Shown: in pieces, positions 62,300 to 64,000 of the stretch
Layout of the letters: the number at the start of each line of letters is the position of its first letter
Numbering within the stretch: the first letter of the stretch is position 1
Notes under the pieces: generated by a model
Seen by the model: only the letters and a program-made list of their open reading frames with translations
What the model was told of the DNA's origin: nothing
The model's database searches: none
Program-made: the position numbers and the translations under genes
Assembly: GCF_006345805.1 (NCBI RefSeq)
Contig: NC_043001.1
Span: forward strand, 71,362,001-71,426,000
Length of the DNA stretch: 64,000 bases
Direction of reading: 5' to 3'
From: Octopus sinensis
Lineage: Eukaryota

Positions 62300-62960
62300 A
62301 GATATAGACCACAGCACACTAATTTACAGGGCAGACAGCATTCAAATATATTATGGGTAGATACACCACAGAATAGGGTACAGAAAGCCCACAGAAGAAT
62401 ATAATTCAAACAGAGAAGTCAGAGCAGAACGATTTACAGACAGAGGGACAAAATAGAATATTAAAGAGTCAAACCATAGAAGGATATCATGCAGAGAGTA
62501 GTAGACACTAGATAATCTTACCGACAGGAGGATCAAAGTAGTATACAGACAGACAAAAACAACACAGAAAATATTTTAACGAATAGAGTATAGTGCAATG
62601 ACCTACAGATATATCAAAGCAATACATCTAGAGACAGAACAGCCATATTAGAGTATCATAGAAATATAAAGACGACAGAGGAATATCTTACAGGACAGGC
62701 AGACGACAGTAGATTATTTTACATCAGAGACAGACAACAATAGACTGTTTTACAGGCAGACATTTTATGTTCGATCGCTTTAGATTTAGAAGAGACGACG
62801 ACGACGATAAAAATAATTTTCAGGTAGATTATAGCAGAATATGTTATAAACTGAAGGAAAATAGTAGAAGAGCTCAAAGATAGCCAGATTGCATTAGCTT
62901 ATCTAACAGACAGATCACAGTAGGATTACTCACAAACCACAGTTAAATATATTGAATATA
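62300..62960 (+). repeat. Degenerate minisatellite, unit ~ACAGACAGACAACAGTAGAATATCTT
   Basis: Recurrent acagacag..cagtag.ata(t/c)tt words; a related patch lies at 60735-60830. Confidence 0.5.
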
Positions 62961-63364
62961 TTATAGACATTTGAATATGTGATCATAGTTGAATCAAACG
63001 TGAACATCGTTGAATATGTGATCATGTATCTCAGAAAGGCATTACACTTATAGACGAAATCAACTAGTACTGTCTCCAATATAGAAAGTTTTTCACAGAT
63101 GTTGAGATTTTGTTATGGTATTCTCCATAACTAAATTATTTACAGCCAAAGAGCCAAAGTCTAATCTGTTGCACGACTTCGTGTTAAAATGAGCAAAATC
63201 TCTCAGAAATCACATCATTCTGTCTTAAATATAAGCACATAAAAGATAAGGTAATGCTATATATATATTATTTTATATAAATATCAGGATAGGCATGACT
63301 GGAGTACATTCAATCTTAGGTCTACTTTAATCATGACTGGTCTGTGGCTAAACAAAAGCACAAA

Positions 63365-63500
63365 GGATGGCGGAATATCGGTAGAATAGTTACAGTACCC
63401 GATATAATGACACGCGTAATTTGTTTCGTCTGCCATACGAGTTCAAATCGCGCCGCGATCAAGTTTACCTTTCTTTCTTTCTTTCGGAGTCGATATAAAA
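63365..63500 (+). mobile_element. SINE family A, degenerate
   Basis: ggcggaatatcggtagaatagttac...gagttcaaatc.cgccg...ctttcggagtcgat. Confidence 0.65.
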
Positions 63501-64000
63501 ATGTAGCAATCCAAAGCAAAATACTGGTAGAAATGTGAGGACGCTGAATGTCTTGTGTTATCTATTACGGCTCATTGGGTTCTGAGTTCGAACCCTGCCA
63601 TCGCTTAGGTCTATGGTAGACGTAATCTGTCAGCCGATTTAACCTCACCATGTATTTTTAGCAGAATCCACTCTGTTGCCAGCATTTGGGACAGGATTCC
63701 GGTTTGAGAATAGCTGTTTTCATCCCACTGGTAAGAGATTCTGTCACAGTTCCAGGATAGTGCACTCCCTCAGGATTAAAATACAAAATAAACTACATTA
63801 TAGTTTTTTTTTTTAATCTAATGTTTTATCTCTTAATTCATTCAGTCATGGGATTGCGGTCATACTAAGGTTTTGCCCTGGCGGATTTAAGTCGAACAAG
63901 TCGAAAACAGTATTTAGTGTTGTACGTCTGGTACATATTATATATGTATATATGTATGTGAGAGTATTTGGTAAAAGAAAACTGGAAGACGCTCATCGTG

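Overview
AT-rich, microsatellite-dense eukaryotic DNA. The SINE families look like those of Octopus/coleoid cephalopods; this is an inference from memory, not a search. I found no host protein-coding exon I can support, and most ORF-track entries are microsatellite artefacts. The window is a layered transposon graveyard: Penelope-like elements (PLEs), CR1, RTE, Tx1/L1 and R4/Dong LINE pieces, Tc1/mariner relics and MITEs, Helitrons, and three tRNA-type SINE families. Three things stand out. (1) Non-coding, terminally redundant ~550-600-nt elements carry minimal hammerhead ribozymes (retrozyme-like). They share a 3' multi-hairpin structure that covaries across at least four divergent families and sits against (TA)n tracts. 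(2) A young Neptune-type PLE (8562-12707) has its upstream ORF joined to the RT/GIY-YIG frame by an in-frame U_UUU_UUA heptamer, a candidate -1 programmed frameshift. (3) Several hammerheads have variant cores (U3:A8 and CUGUCGA). Some single-base deletions in young repeats may be assembly errors.
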